64,000 nucleotides of DNA from an uncultured Nitrospirota bacterium (GCA_947259355.1 CAMYMF010000003.1:25085-89084); one strand, 5' to 3'; shown: positions 8,857 through 19,112, counted from the first letter of the stretch. Numbers and translations: made by a program. Notes: a model not told the origin generated them from the sequence alone.

Positions 8857-10614
8857 GTGAGACTGCTGCGCGCAGCCATGGCGCAAATCAATCCGGTTGT
8901 GGGCGACCTGGACGGCAACCGCAAGAAGATCGTGCGCTGGATCCGCAAAGCCCGAAAGACCGGTGTGCAGCTGCTGACCTTCCCGGAGCTCGCCTTGACC
9001 GGCTATCCACCAAAGGACCTTTTGCTAAAGCCCTCCTTCATTCAGAAGAATCTCGATGCTGTTGAGAAGATCGTGCCGGAGACTCGGGGGCTCTGCGTTG
9101 TGCTTGGGTTCGTCGACTACCAGGACGATCTCTACAACGCCGCCGCCGTGCTGCACGACGGCGTCTGGCTCGGAACCCAGCACAAGATCTATCTGCCCAA
9201 CTACGATGTCTTTGATGAAAACCGCTACTTCCAGGCCGGCATCGAAAGTCGTCTCTTCGCACTGGACTGTGCGCTGCTGGGCGTGAACATCTGCGAGGAC
9301 ATCTGGTTTCCCGGCGGCCCGACCATGGACATGGCCAAGAGCGGCGCCGAAGTGGTCATCAACATTTCGGCCTCCCCCTTCCATGCCGGCAAGGCACCGA
9401 ACCGGCAGCAGATGATCTCCACCCGCGCCAATGACAATCTGGTCTTCCTGCTGTTCAACAACCTTGTCGGCGGCCAGGATGATTTGATCTTTGACGGACG
9501 GAGCCTCCTGTTGAACCCCCAGGGGGAGACCATCGCCCGGGGTCGGGCCTTTGAGGAAGAGCTGGTGATGGCTGACCTAAATCTGGAGGAGGTGCGTCAC
9601 GAACGGCTCAAGAGCCCACGCAATAGGCGCAGCGTCTTTGAGGCCCGAAAGCACGGCACGCTGCTGCCGGTGATCACCTCCCGCGGCGCCACAGCCCGGC
9701 CCACCGGGCGAACGGCCGATGCCCTAAAACCTGAGCTGCCTCGCAAACTCCTGGCAGCGCCGCCCGACCCCTGCGAGGAGATCTATCGGGCCCTGATTCT
9801 CGGGTTGACAGACTATGCGGCAAAGAACGGCTTCAAGAAGGCACTCATCGGCATTTCGGGAGGGATCGACTCGGCGCTGACCGCGGTGCTCGCGACGGAT
9901 GCCCTCGGCGCCGGCAATGTGCTCGGTGTCTTCATGCCCAGTGCCATCTCCTCGCGCGAGAGCGCAGAGGATGCCAAAGCCTTGGCCAAGAATCTTGGCA
10001 TCGTCCTGAAAACCGTTCCCATCCGGGAGAGTTTTGATGCGCTGCTGAAGACGCTGAAACCCCTCTTCAAGGGCCGCCCGCGGGACACCACCGAGGAGAA
10101 CATCCAGGCGCGCCTGCGGGGGATCATTCTGATGGCCCTTTCGAACAAGTTCGGGTATCTCGTGCTCAGCACCGGAAACAAGTCAGAGGTGGGGGTGGGC
10201 TACGCAACCCTGTATGGAGACATGGCTGGCGGCCTGTCGGTCTTGTCCGATGTGCCCAAGACCCAGGTCTACAAACTGGCCGCCTACCGCAATGACCTCG
10301 GGCGCCGACCCGTGATTCCGGAGCGCATTCTTACGAAGGCCCCTTCCGCGGAGCTCTCGCCGGGCCAGAAAGACTCGGACTCTCTGCCGGAGTATGAGAT
10401 TCTCGACGGGATCCTGCATGCCTATGTGGAGCGGGATGCTTCAGCCGACGAGATTGCCGCCCTGGGCTACGACCGGGCGACCATTCGACAGGTCATCGGA
10501 ATGATTGACGGCAATGAATACAAGCGCCAGCAGGCGGCTCCCGGTATCCGGATCACGCCCCGGGCCTTCGGCACCGGCCGGCGCTTGCCGATCACCAACA
10601 AATATCGCGGCTGA
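8857..10614 (+). CDS. nadE: Glutamine-dependent NAD+ synthetase (nitrilase domain + NAD synthetase domain)
   Basis: 585 aa. N-terminal carbon-nitrogen hydrolase domain (LLTFPELALTGYPPKDL, CEDIWFP) and a C-terminal PP-loop ISGGIDS. The start may be at M8 (8878). Confidence 0.85.
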   Translation: MRLLRAAMAQINPVVGDLDGNRKKIVRWIRKARKTGVQLLTFPELALTGYPPKDLLLKPSFIQKNLDAVEKIVPETRGLCVVLGFVDYQDDLYNAAAVLHDGVWLGTQHKIYLPNYDVFDENRYFQAGIESRLFALDCALLGVNICEDIWFPGGPTMDMAKSGAEVVINISASPFHAGKAPNRQQMISTRANDNLVFLLFNNLVGGQDDLIFDGRSLLLNPQGETIARGRAFEEELVMADLNLEEVRHERLKSPRNRRSVFEARKHGTLLPVITSRGATARPTGRTADALKPELPRKLLAAPPDPCEEIYRALILGLTDYAAKNGFKKALIGISGGIDSALTAVLATDALGAGNVLGVFMPSAISSRESAEDAKALAKNLGIVLKTVPIRESFDALLKTLKPLFKGRPRDTTEENIQARLRGIILMALSNKFGYLVLSTGNKSEVGVGYATLYGDMAGGLSVLSDVPKTQVYKLAAYRNDLGRRPVIPERILTKAPSAELSPGQKDSDSLPEYEILDGILHAYVERDASADEIAALGYDRATIRQVIGMIDGNEYKRQQAAPGIRITPRAFGTGRRLPITNKYRG

Positions 10615-10631
10615 AGGACCGCCTGGAACCC

Positions 10632-11723
10632 GTGGCAGATACCACCCAAAGGATACGCATCGTCGGTGCCGGCCCTTCGGGTTTGTGTGCGGCCATCAAT
10701 CTGGCGCGCGCGGGCTACGGGGTGACCGTCTATGAGCGACACGCAGAGGTGGGAAAACGCTTTCACGGAGACTTTCAGGGGATCGAAAACTGGTCCACGC
10801 CGGTCGATTTCGCCGATGCCTTGAAGACCCTGTCGATTGCCCCCGACTTTTTCTGCCGACCCCACTGGGGCGGGGAGCTCCTTATGCAGGGCGGCTACGG
10901 CGGCACGGTGCGCTCGCCGCGACCGCTTTTCTATCTGACCCGCCGGGGCTCCATGGAGGGGTCCCTGGACAGATCGCTGAAAACCCAGGCCCTCGAAGCG
11001 GGCGTGACATTGAAATTTGGATGCCACCGGGCCATCGAGGACGGGCATATCATTGCTGCCGGCCCCGGAAAACCGAACGTCATGGCCAGCGGCGTGGTTT
11101 TCCGCACAGATCTTCCCGACACCATCACGACCGTGCTCGACAATGAACTCGCACCGGATGGCTACGCGTACCTGCTTGTTCAGGACGGATGCGGCACCCT
11201 GGCCAGTGTCTACTATCGGCACTTCAAACGCGCCGCAGCTCATCTCGAGCGCACCACCCAATACTTCCAGGCCCGGCGGCCCTTTCCCATGGAAAATCCA
11301 CGGCAGTTTACCGGCTACGGCAACTTCTATCCCGTTTGCTCAGCGGTGCATCGCGGACGGCTCTACGTTGGCGAAGCCGCCGGGTTCCAGGATTTTCTCT
11401 TCGGATTCGGGATTCGCTACGCCCTCATGTCGGGGTATCTCGCGGCCCGCAGCATCATCGAAGGCTGCTCCTACGATCTGCTGTGGCGACAGGTTTTCGG
11501 GCGCCAGCTGGCCACCTCGCTGATCAACCGGTATTTGCTGCAGCGCTTCGGCTCTTTGGCACACCGGCTGATTATCTGGAGAACCACCCGGGGCAACCCC
11601 TGGGCCTTCATGAACCGTTTCTACAATTCGGCGGCCGGCCGCCTGCTTGCACAGGCACCGGCGGCGCGCTGGCTGCAAAAGAAAGCAGGCGGAGACGGGC
11701 GGCCGTGCGCGGCGCGTCTGTGA
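10632..11723 (+). CDS. FAD-dependent oxidoreductase (geranylgeranyl-reductase/halogenase-like flavoprotein family)
   Basis: GTG start. N-terminal Rossmann dinucleotide motif IVGAGPSGLCAAINLARAGYGVTVYER, and a GD-type motif later (YVGEAAGF). Confidence 0.65.
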   Translation: MADTTQRIRIVGAGPSGLCAAINLARAGYGVTVYERHAEVGKRFHGDFQGIENWSTPVDFADALKTLSIAPDFFCRPHWGGELLMQGGYGGTVRSPRPLFYLTRRGSMEGSLDRSLKTQALEAGVTLKFGCHRAIEDGHIIAAGPGKPNVMASGVVFRTDLPDTITTVLDNELAPDGYAYLLVQDGCGTLASVYYRHFKRAAAHLERTTQYFQARRPFPMENPRQFTGYGNFYPVCSAVHRGRLYVGEAAGFQDFLFGFGIRYALMSGYLAARSIIEGCSYDLLWRQVFGRQLATSLINRYLLQRFGSLAHRLIIWRTTRGNPWAFMNRFYNSAAGRLLAQAPAARWLQKKAGGDGRPCAARL

Positions 11724-11797
11724 ACGGGAATTGATGTGGATACATGGCAGCCCATGGCCTGCCGCTGGTCATGGGACCCAACTCAAGAGGAGGAGTC

Positions 11798-13237
11798 ATG
11801 AAAAAGTTCTCGATCTGTTTTACGATCTGTATGCTGCTACAGGCCGTGACCGTCATCCCGAGCGAAGCTGATTGGAAACGCACCTTCACACCGACCGTAA
11901 AACTGTCCACCGAGTACGACAGCAACATCTTCAACGACAGGGACAACGAAGTGGATGACTTCAACTACCAGGCCGGTCTGCGACTTCCCTACAGCGCCGA
12001 GTCCCCGACGACCAGTATCGATTTCTTCTACGATTTCACCCAGTTCATGTACAGCTCGGAAACCGACCTTGACAACAGCAATCATGTCCTCAGTCTCGGC
12101 GCGACCCATGCCCTCTCACCACGGCTCAGTGTCTCCCTGTCAGACTACTTCTCTCAAACGGAGGATATCGACCGTGTTTTCAGATCCGAATCGACTGAAG
12201 GCGAAACCGGCATTCTGGAAGAGCGGGACCGCAGGCGGGCCAACCGTGTGAACGGCACCATCCAGTATCAGCTCACGCAGCGAAGCTCCGTCTCACTGAA
12301 CGCAGTCAACAATATTTTCGACCACTCCCGGGAGGATCGCTACGATTCGACGGCCAACGGCGGCACCCTCACGTACAATTACGCGCTGAGCCCCAGGAAT
12401 ACGATGTTCGTCTCCCTCACCGGGCGCAACGCAGACTTTGATCGAAGCGACAGCCAGCTGCCCGAAAACGCAACGTTCAGTCTTCTCGGGACAACCCCGT
12501 CTGGCCGGCTGGTGGGACTTGGCTTCGAGGACGAATTCGACGAAACCGACTACTATGGCGCCTGGATCGGCTGGACGCGGCGTGTCTCCGCCACTCTGGA
12601 GTTTACCGCCTACGTGGGCTGGCGCAGCACCGATGAGAAAGTGCAGCGCCTTTTTCTGGTTCCGTCCGCGGGCAATACGATCATTCCCCACAGCCTGGTT
12701 GCCGGCGACACGCTCTCTTACACGGTCGGGGGCGTGCCGGCCTCTGTAGCGGTCAGCCCGGCGGACCAGCTCAGCCGAACAATCACCCTGCCCAACGCTG
12801 CCATCGGCACCGTCGACGATAGCGAGGACGACACGGGGCTCGTTTACAACATGGACATCACCAAGTCCTTCCAGAGAGGTAGGCTCACTTTTAACTTCAG
12901 CCAAGACGAGAGGATCCGATCCGCCGACGGCGGGACTTCCGAAACGCAGACTTACCGGGCCCGATACAATCACCGCTTCTCACCCCGTCTCAACGGGTTC
13001 CTCAATGCTAGCTTCAACATCAACAAACTGGAATCGGACATCGGCGACGACGAAGATATCGACACGCTCCGCACGGGCGCTGGGCTCCGCTATGCCGTCA
13101 CCCGGAACCTCACAGGCCTGCTCTCCTGGTATCATACCGAAGAGAAGAGGGAGTTTGAGAACGCCTTCAGAGACTTCCGGACCGACCGGGATGTGGCGAG
13201 CCTCGGACTCACCTACGCATGGCCGGTACTTCACTGA
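11798..13237 (+). CDS. Putative outer-membrane beta-barrel protein (secreted)
   Basis: Strong RBS AGAGGAGGAG 6 nt before ATG 11798. Signal peptide MKKFSICFTICMLLQAVTVIPSEA, followed by alternating polar/hydrophobic stretches rich in Y/S/T/N/D typical of beta-barrel OMPs. The track ORF starts upstream at 11744. Confidence 0.5.
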   Translation: MKKFSICFTICMLLQAVTVIPSEADWKRTFTPTVKLSTEYDSNIFNDRDNEVDDFNYQAGLRLPYSAESPTTSIDFFYDFTQFMYSSETDLDNSNHVLSLGATHALSPRLSVSLSDYFSQTEDIDRVFRSESTEGETGILEERDRRRANRVNGTIQYQLTQRSSVSLNAVNNIFDHSREDRYDSTANGGTLTYNYALSPRNTMFVSLTGRNADFDRSDSQLPENATFSLLGTTPSGRLVGLGFEDEFDETDYYGAWIGWTRRVSATLEFTAYVGWRSTDEKVQRLFLVPSAGNTIIPHSLVAGDTLSYTVGGVPASVAVSPADQLSRTITLPNAAIGTVDDSEDDTGLVYNMDITKSFQRGRLTFNFSQDERIRSADGGTSETQTYRARYNHRFSPRLNGFLNASFNINKLESDIGDDEDIDTLRTGAGLRYAVTRNLTGLLSWYHTEEKREFENAFRDFRTDRDVASLGLTYAWPVLH

Positions 13238-13258
13238 TCGGACCGAAGAGAATGCGCG

Positions 13259-14545
13259 ATGAACGTCAGCCACTCCGAGACCTCTGTGATTTTGATTCTG
13301 GTGCTCCTGCTTTTCTCCGCATTCTTTTCCGGCTCGGAGACGGCGCTCATCTCCTTTAGGAAGATGCGGCTCAAGCACCTGGTTCGCAAGGGACACAAGG
13401 GGGCCATTCTCGTCGATCGTCTGCTCCGCGAGACCGACCGTCTTCTCGCGACCATCCTGGTGGGAAACAACCTGGTCAATGTGGCCGCGTCGGTGTTGAC
13501 CGGGGTGCTGGCCATCGAGTGGCTGGAGCCACACTTGGGCGAAGAAGTCGCCATGCTCGTCGCGACGCTGGTGATGACGTTTCTGCTGCTCATCTTCGCG
13601 GAGATCACCCCCAAGACCTATTCGGCCTATCATGCCGAGCGGGTCTCTTTCTGGGTCGCCCGTCCCATCTACGGGTTCTCCATCCTGCTGCATCCCTTCG
13701 TCACGGTGACCACACTGATCTCGAACCTCTTCCTGCGAGTCTTCCTCCGGATCAAACCGGAAAAAGCGGCCATCTCCACCGAGGAGATCCGCTCCATTAT
13801 CACCTATGGGGAGGAAGAGGGGGTCCTGGAGAAGGAAAAACGCGAAATGCTGCACGGCATCTTTGACATCAGTCAGACCATGGTCAAGGAGGTCATGGTG
13901 CCGCGGCCCGATATCATCGCCATCGAGGTGCAGGATCCCGCGGAGGAGATCTTGAAGAGAATAGAGACCACCGGTCATTCCCGCTATCCCGTTTATCAGG
14001 ATGAGATCGACAACATCGTCGGTTTTCTCTTCGTCAAAGACCTCATTGCCTATTGGGCCCGCCCGAAAGCCTTTGAGCTCACCCGGGTGCTGCGTAGCGT
14101 CACCTATGTCCCCGAGACCAAGCGGGTCGACCTGCTCCTTGGTGAGTTTCGCAGGGATAAACGACAGATCAGCATGGTGGCCGACGAATACGGCAGCGTG
14201 GCTGGGCTGGTGACCATGGAGGACCTCCTGGAGGAGATCACCGGAGAGATTCAGGACGAGTATGATTTGGAGGCGGAGAAGGTCGAGCGTCTGGCCGACG
14301 GGTCGATGATCCTCGACGGCAGCCTCACGCTCGATGAAGTCTATGAGAGCACCCGGATCAAACTCCCCAAGGGCGAGTACGAAACCGTCGCCGGGTTCCT
14401 GCTTGAGATTTTCGGCAAAATCCCGAAGGAGTCGGAAGTCATCTCATTCGGGCAGTTCCTCTTTGCGGCGCACAAAGTGGTCCGGCACCGGATTCTCAAG
14501 GTCAAGATCAAGCCGATGGCCGCCCGCACCGCATCGAAAACGTGA
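13259..14545 (+). CDS. CNNM/DUF21-CBS-CorC_HlyC family transporter (hemolysin C / CorC-like)
   Basis: 428 aa. N-terminal DUF21 with four TM helices, a CBS pair, and the C-terminal CorC_HlyC transporter-associated region. Confidence 0.8.
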   Translation: MNVSHSETSVILILVLLLFSAFFSGSETALISFRKMRLKHLVRKGHKGAILVDRLLRETDRLLATILVGNNLVNVAASVLTGVLAIEWLEPHLGEEVAMLVATLVMTFLLLIFAEITPKTYSAYHAERVSFWVARPIYGFSILLHPFVTVTTLISNLFLRVFLRIKPEKAAISTEEIRSIITYGEEEGVLEKEKREMLHGIFDISQTMVKEVMVPRPDIIAIEVQDPAEEILKRIETTGHSRYPVYQDEIDNIVGFLFVKDLIAYWARPKAFELTRVLRSVTYVPETKRVDLLLGEFRRDKRQISMVADEYGSVAGLVTMEDLLEEITGEIQDEYDLEAEKVERLADGSMILDGSLTLDEVYESTRIKLPKGEYETVAGFLLEIFGKIPKESEVISFGQFLFAAHKVVRHRILKVKIKPMAARTASKT

Positions 14546-14561
14546 TCACAGGAGATCGGTC

Positions 14562-15104
14562 ATGCAAAAAACACTTCTGTCGATCGCTGTGATCTGCTCT
14601 CTGCTCGGATGCTCCCAGCGTCCGGCGGACTCCGCCGAGTCGATCGACCCGCTGCTCAACGAGGCCTACTTCCGGGTTCTGCGCGAAGAGATTGCAGCAG
14701 CACAAGAGGAGATCATTCTTTCCGTCTTTCTGTTTAAAACATCCCCCTCCAAGAAGGGCCGGACCCGCCGGATCGGAGCCGCCCTGAAGCGGGCGGCCCG
14801 ACGGGGGCTTCGGGTGGTGGTCCTCTTGGAAAAATCGGCCCAACGGGGCCTCAACGAGGAGAACGGGAAGACGGCTGCAGACCTGAGCGAAGCCGGCGTG
14901 CTCGTCCTCTTCGACGATCCCCGCAGAACCCTGCACACCAAGATGGTCATTATTGACCGAGAAATCGTTCTCCTGGGAAGCCACAACCTGACGGAAAGTG
15001 CCCTCCAATACAACCATGAGGCATCCCTTCGGATCCAGTCCAAAGCGCTGGCCATGCGCCTCGTCGAGTACCTCGCCACCATAAATCCCTCCGTTCTGCA
15101 TTGA
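14562..15104 (+). CDS. Phospholipase D-like (single-HKD, Nuc-like) lipoprotein
   Basis: GGAG RBS at 14551. Lipoprotein signal MQKTLLSIAVICSLLGCSQ; HKD motif HTKMVIIDREIVLLGSHNLT. Confidence 0.7.
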   Translation: MQKTLLSIAVICSLLGCSQRPADSAESIDPLLNEAYFRVLREEIAAAQEEIILSVFLFKTSPSKKGRTRRIGAALKRAARRGLRVVVLLEKSAQRGLNEENGKTAADLSEAGVLVLFDDPRRTLHTKMVIIDREIVLLGSHNLTESALQYNHEASLRIQSKALAMRLVEYLATINPSVLH

Positions 15105-15186
15105 CGGCCCGTGTGTCCAAAAGCATTCATCACAGAACGCCCGGCGGATCAGACTTGGGAGTCGGCACCGAGGAGAAATTCTTTCT

Positions 15187-15214
15187 TTACAGAAAAAGGA
15201 TCCTTCGTTACAAT
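15187..15214 (+). promoter_or_regulatory. Sigma70-like promoter TTACAG-N16-TACAAT upstream of the 613-aa ORF
   Basis: -35 at 15187-15192, -10 at 15209-15214, about 60 nt upstream of ATG 15280. Confidence 0.35.
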
Positions 15215-15279
15215 TTACCTATGCACAACTTCCCGTAAACAATCAGGTTTTTCCCGGTTTTCGCGTCAGACAGGGTCCC

Positions 15280-17121
15280 ATGATTCAAGATTTCCGCCTT
15301 CACGGTTTGCTTTCGGAACAGGTTGAATATTTCGCGACCATCGCGGGTCACGATATCAGCCACCGATACTTCTTCGAGGAAGGAAAGGACGCCGGCGGAA
15401 ACCCGCGGGTGCGCTTTTTCTCTATGGGCAACGAACTGATTCTCTCCGCCGAGGGTGTGACCCACAAGGGAAACGGCGGGAGCTTCTGCGAATATATGTT
15501 CGGCGGGGATCAGCCCATCGAGGATCTCATGCGCTCAGAGGTCCTGAACCGCCTCATCATGTATGGCGGCGTGGCCTCGGAAAACGGAAGGGGGATCGAA
15601 TTCGTCCCCCAGACTCAGGGAACGGAAGCGTATAGCAGCATCTTCTTCGAGGGGCACGCCGTCACGAACTATTTCTTCTTTGTCTACATGGAACCAGGGG
15701 GCGAGTTCACCGAACAGCAGGCGTTCATTCTGCGCCAAATCGGCAAGCGACTCAAACGCTCGCCCCATGTCGGGCGTGGCGACGATCTTGAGCTCGTGCA
15801 CGAACTCCTCGCCGAATTGGCGCACCCCGGATGCATGCTATTCTTGATCCGCCTGGTACACAAGCAGCACGACGCTTTTTACCGCTTGTTTCGTGAAGTC
15901 TACCATCGGGACCGCTCGGTGAATGAGCGAGACGGCGAAAGGTTGCAGGCTTTGGCCACGCACTACCGGATCAACCATTTCGACCAGGAGCGAATGAAGA
16001 TCGATGTCATTTACAAGCACCCGGACAACAAACGCATCATCGATGAATACAAGGACGTTCTCATCGAGGGGGAGCGGGACCAGGAAATCAGCCACACCCA
16101 GCGGGCGCGGTTGATCCGACTCCGAACACTGTGCGTGCGCAATGACATCCCCATCATTCTCCCCAACATCCTCGATGAGCTGCTGCTCAAGAACAGAGCC
16201 GTCGCCGAGGTCCATGAGCCGACCTTTATTCAAGAGTGCCGCGAAATCTTTGAAGGGATCTTTCTGCAAGAATGGAAACCGGACAAGCTCATCACACAGG
16301 AGGATCTGGCCAAGCTCCTCTGGGCCAAGCAGCAAGCTACTGAACGACAGGACCCGATCTTTGACGGTATTCTGATGGACACGGTACGCATCTGCGATGA
16401 GCTCTCGGAACGGGAGGGCAACGACGGACCCCTGGAGAACTTCGGATACATCGTCACCCATTTTGACCGATATGACGCGACCTATATGATCATCAACCAC
16501 CTCGCGTTCAATGAAGACGCGGAGCTGAGCGGGGACAAACTCAGAAGCCTCATCGGACACAAGAAGGTGTTCGACGGCATCGACCCAGATCTCTTCTATG
16601 CACTCTTCATCGTTCCCGTACTGCGCAACAAGTACCTCACTCATTTCGGACGGAACAAGATCCGCGCCCTGGACGAAGGCCTCCGGGCCATTGAGCGAGG
16701 GGATCAGTCGGTGGCGGACGTGCTTCAGACCATCTCCGATATCCGGCATCAGGAGCAGCTCTATCTGAGGATTTATGATCGCGTCAAATCGCGCATCCGA
16801 GAGGTCTACACCCGTATTCAGTCCAAGGAGCAGCGCGAGGCCATGCGCAGGCAACTTATCTCGGAGCTCTCCGCGGACCTGGCGATCGACACCCCGCTGC
16901 TGGATCGCCTCTTGAACCAGACCATCCTCAACATCAACAAAGAGATCTACTATACCGACCGCCTGCTGCCCCAGATAGTGCAGGAAGAAAACGCCAACCT
17001 CCGCCGCGACTTCTTCGACAACAGTGGTCTCGATCGCTTCACCCTGGAGGAACTGGAGCGCAAGTACTACGAAAAGCACCAGATGGACGGCAAAAACCTC
17101 GTCGCCCTTCAGACCGGTTGA
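15280..17121 (+). CDS. Hypothetical protein, 613 aa, with no recognisable domain
   Basis: Realistic, diverse amino-acid composition (K, Y, F, H, N), preceded by a sigma70-like promoter. The 413-aa minus-strand ORF 15838..17079 has L/V/D/E-skewed composition typical of an antisense shadow. Confidence 0.6.
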   Translation: MIQDFRLHGLLSEQVEYFATIAGHDISHRYFFEEGKDAGGNPRVRFFSMGNELILSAEGVTHKGNGGSFCEYMFGGDQPIEDLMRSEVLNRLIMYGGVASENGRGIEFVPQTQGTEAYSSIFFEGHAVTNYFFFVYMEPGGEFTEQQAFILRQIGKRLKRSPHVGRGDDLELVHELLAELAHPGCMLFLIRLVHKQHDAFYRLFREVYHRDRSVNERDGERLQALATHYRINHFDQERMKIDVIYKHPDNKRIIDEYKDVLIEGERDQEISHTQRARLIRLRTLCVRNDIPIILPNILDELLLKNRAVAEVHEPTFIQECREIFEGIFLQEWKPDKLITQEDLAKLLWAKQQATERQDPIFDGILMDTVRICDELSEREGNDGPLENFGYIVTHFDRYDATYMIINHLAFNEDAELSGDKLRSLIGHKKVFDGIDPDLFYALFIVPVLRNKYLTHFGRNKIRALDEGLRAIERGDQSVADVLQTISDIRHQEQLYLRIYDRVKSRIREVYTRIQSKEQREAMRRQLISELSADLAIDTPLLDRLLNQTILNINKEIYYTDRLLPQIVQEENANLRRDFFDNSGLDRFTLEELERKYYEKHQMDGKNLVALQTG

Positions 17122-17265
17122 TGGGGGACCTATCCCTCCGGCACTTGTTCGGAAAGGCCTTGCTTTCCCGCTTCGTTTCTTGCTATAAAAGGACCCACGA
17201 ATTCGGCTGTCCGATTCCCGGAAACGGTTCTGAATTCGATATCCTTACAGATAAGGGGGGTCGGT

Positions 17266-17670
17266 ATGCGAAGCTTGAACCGCGTGCAATTGATCGGAAA
17301 CCTCGGGAAGAACCCGGAGGTCCGCTACACGGCCAACGGCTCGGCGGTGGCCAATTTCTCCGTCGCCACCAATGAAACCTGGGTCGGCAAGGACGGGCAG
17401 AAGAACGAGCGAACCGAATGGCACAACATCGTGGCCTGGGGAAAACTGGGGGAGATCTGCGGAGAATATCTTGCCAAGGGGCGGCAGGTGTACATTGAAG
17501 GAAAACTGACCACCCGATCCTGGGAAGACCGTGACGGCAACAAGCGCTACACCACCGAGATCAAGGCGGAGAACATGATCATGCTCGGAGGCCAGGGCGG
17601 CGACAATAGAGCAGTCACCTCTGGACCGGCGAATGAAGCCCCCCCCATCGAAGACGACATCCCGTTCTAA
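17266..17670 (+). CDS. ssb: Single-stranded DNA-binding protein
   Basis: 134 aa OB-fold ([31 protein letters not shown]...[14 protein letters not shown]), Gly-rich linker and the acidic C-terminal tip DDIPF. RBS AAGGGGGG. Confidence 0.9.
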   Translation: MRSLNRVQLIGNLGKNPEVRYTANGSAVANFSVATNETWVGKDGQKNERTEWHNIVAWGKLGEICGEYLAKGRQVYIEGKLTTRSWEDRDGNKRYTTEIKAENMIMLGGQGGDNRAVTSGPANEAPPIEDDIPF

Positions 17671-17701
17671 GGAGAACGCCAGAATTTGCGTGCAAGAAAA
17701 G

Positions 17702-17729
17702 GCGGGAGCCCTAGGGTTTCCGTTTTTTT
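17702..17729 (+). terminator. Candidate intrinsic terminator downstream of ssb
   Basis: Hairpin cgggagcc-ctag-ggtttccg (8 bp including 2 G-U pairs) immediately followed by T8 (17722-17729). Confidence 0.4.
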
Positions 17730-17841
17730 TCAATGAGTTATGGCATAAATACGGTCAAAATATTAGAGTATTACCTTAACTGTTGGGCGAAATTGTATAA
17801 TTTTACAGCCTTATCGAAAAAAACGCCTATTTCCTTGAACA

Positions 17842-18609
17842 ATGAATACTTTTTTGCTATATTCGGGTATCTCTAAGTTCAGGTGGGAGAGGCGCGTTTT
17901 GGCGTTGCACGCAAGGCGAATCTGGCTGACCGGTATTTTCTTCACCATGGTACTGTTTCTGGCAAACTATTTCGTTTACCAGAACTTGGTACAAACACCC
18001 ACCCTCCTCTCCTCCGTACTGCAGGAACATCTGGGAAGACGACTCATCGCCATCTCCGAGGCGGCACTGCCCGATCCCGATCTCGCCACACTGGACGAAC
18101 TTAAGAAGAGAGAACACGTTCGCACGCTGGTCTTTCAGAATTTCAGAAGCGTGCCCCTGCGGGAACGCTCACAGCTCTTCGAAGTGATCTACCACAAGAG
18201 CCGGGAAATGGGAATCGACCCTTACCTGACCGTGTCTGTCATCGCCACTGAGAGCTCCTTTAGGAAGAACGTCATCTCCTGGGCCGGCGCCTACGGTCTC
18301 ATGCAGCTGAAAATACTTACGGCGGAAGAGGTCGCGGGTGACCTGGGGATCCCCTGGCAGGGAGAGGAGAGTCTCTTCGATCCGGTGATGAATATCACCC
18401 TCGGTTTGACCTATCTCGCCAAACTCAAGAAACGCTTCGGCAACATCAGCGACGCGTTGACCGCCTACAACTATGGTCCCCAATACGTGGTGAGCTGCCT
18501 CAAGAGCGACAAAGCGCTCCCCGACAAGTACGTCAAGAAGATTGAGAAGAATCTGAAACGCTATGGGTTGAACACCCAGGAGATTATCGGACAGAGACGC
18601 ACAACATGA
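17842..18609 (+). CDS. Lytic transglycosylase (SLT domain) protein, membrane-anchored
   Basis: N-terminal TM helix (LTGIFFTMVLFLANYFVY). The SLT catalytic region carries the ES motif (VIATESSF) and AYGLMQL, TLGLTYL, AYNYGP motifs. Confidence 0.7.
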   Translation: MNTFLLYSGISKFRWERRVLALHARRIWLTGIFFTMVLFLANYFVYQNLVQTPTLLSSVLQEHLGRRLIAISEAALPDPDLATLDELKKREHVRTLVFQNFRSVPLRERSQLFEVIYHKSREMGIDPYLTVSVIATESSFRKNVISWAGAYGLMQLKILTAEEVAGDLGIPWQGEESLFDPVMNITLGLTYLAKLKKRFGNISDALTAYNYGPQYVVSCLKSDKALPDKYVKKIEKNLKRYGLNTQEIIGQRRTT

Positions 18610-18644
18610 GGGGGCGGCGAGACAGCCGCCTCCGAGGCCTGCCC

Positions 18645-18938
18645 CTACTTGCCTTTCCCGAGGGTCTTGCTGGTCGGATTGCTGGAGGTGTCGGACGACT
18701 CCTTCTTGGCGCCGTCGGACTCAGCGCTCTTCGTCCCGTTCTTCTTTTCGGTCGCGCCCCCTGGCGCGTAACCGTCCGAGTACCAGCCGCTGCCCTTCAG
18801 TGAAAACGATGTAAAAGAGATCAGCCGGTTGACGGAACCGGAGCACTGCTCACAGGTGGTGAGAGGGTCCTCATCCATCCTCTGGTTGGCTTCGAATTCA
18901 ATCCCGCAGTCGTTGCATTTGTACTCATAAATCGGCAT
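18645..18938 (-). CDS. FmdB-family zinc-ribbon regulatory protein
   Basis: MPIYEYKCNDCGIEFE...CEQCSG is the canonical CxxC...CxxC FmdB zinc ribbon, with a low-complexity S/K-rich tail. AAGGAG RBS. Confidence 0.75.
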   Translation of the reverse strand: MPIYEYKCNDCGIEFEANQRMDEDPLTTCEQCSGSVNRLISFTSFSLKGSGWYSDGYAPGGATEKKNGTKSAESDGAKKESSDTSSNPTSKTLGKGK

Positions 18939-18966
18939 GGCAGAAAACTCCTTCTCTTATTAGAAA

Positions 18967-18994
18967 ATTATAATATCTGCTGTTTTAAAATCAA
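18967..18994 (-). promoter_or_regulatory. Sigma70-like promoter TTGATT-N16-TATAAT for the FmdB gene
   Basis: Read on the minus strand: -35 complement at 18989-18994, -10 complement at 18967-18972. Confidence 0.35.
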
Positions 18995-19076
18995 GCCCAA
19001 AAAAAACACCCCAACATTCAGCGCCACCCCACGGAGTCGAAAACGGTCAAACCCGTCTGGGGAAGGGGAATCCTTG

Positions 19077-19105
19077 TTGACTTAACGTTATGAATAGAAT
19101 ATATT
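19077..19105 (+). promoter_or_regulatory. Near-consensus sigma70 promoter TTGACT-N17-TATATT directly abutting the glutaredoxin ATG
   Basis: -35 at 19077-19082, -10 at 19100-19105. The predicted +1 is about 19112, i.e. at the ATG at 19113, and there is no SD sequence, implying a leaderless mRNA. Confidence 0.4.
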
Positions 19106-19112
19106 TTTTTCT

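Noticed and set aside
10467-11261. 264-aa minus-strand ORF inside the FAD oxidoreductase gene
   Set aside because: Antisense shadow.
15838-17079. 413-aa minus-strand ORF opposite the 613-aa hypothetical
   Set aside because: It is extremely L/V/D/E-rich (mirror-image codon bias of the plus-strand gene) and has no upstream signals. The plus-strand ORF has a realistic composition.
17118-17265. Two EcoRI sites (GAATTC) 27 bp apart upstream of ssb, which looked like a possible LexA/SOS-type palindromic operator
   Set aside because: Apart from the intrinsically palindromic GAATTC cores, the flanks are not inverted repeats, and no recognisable LexA-box consensus was seen.
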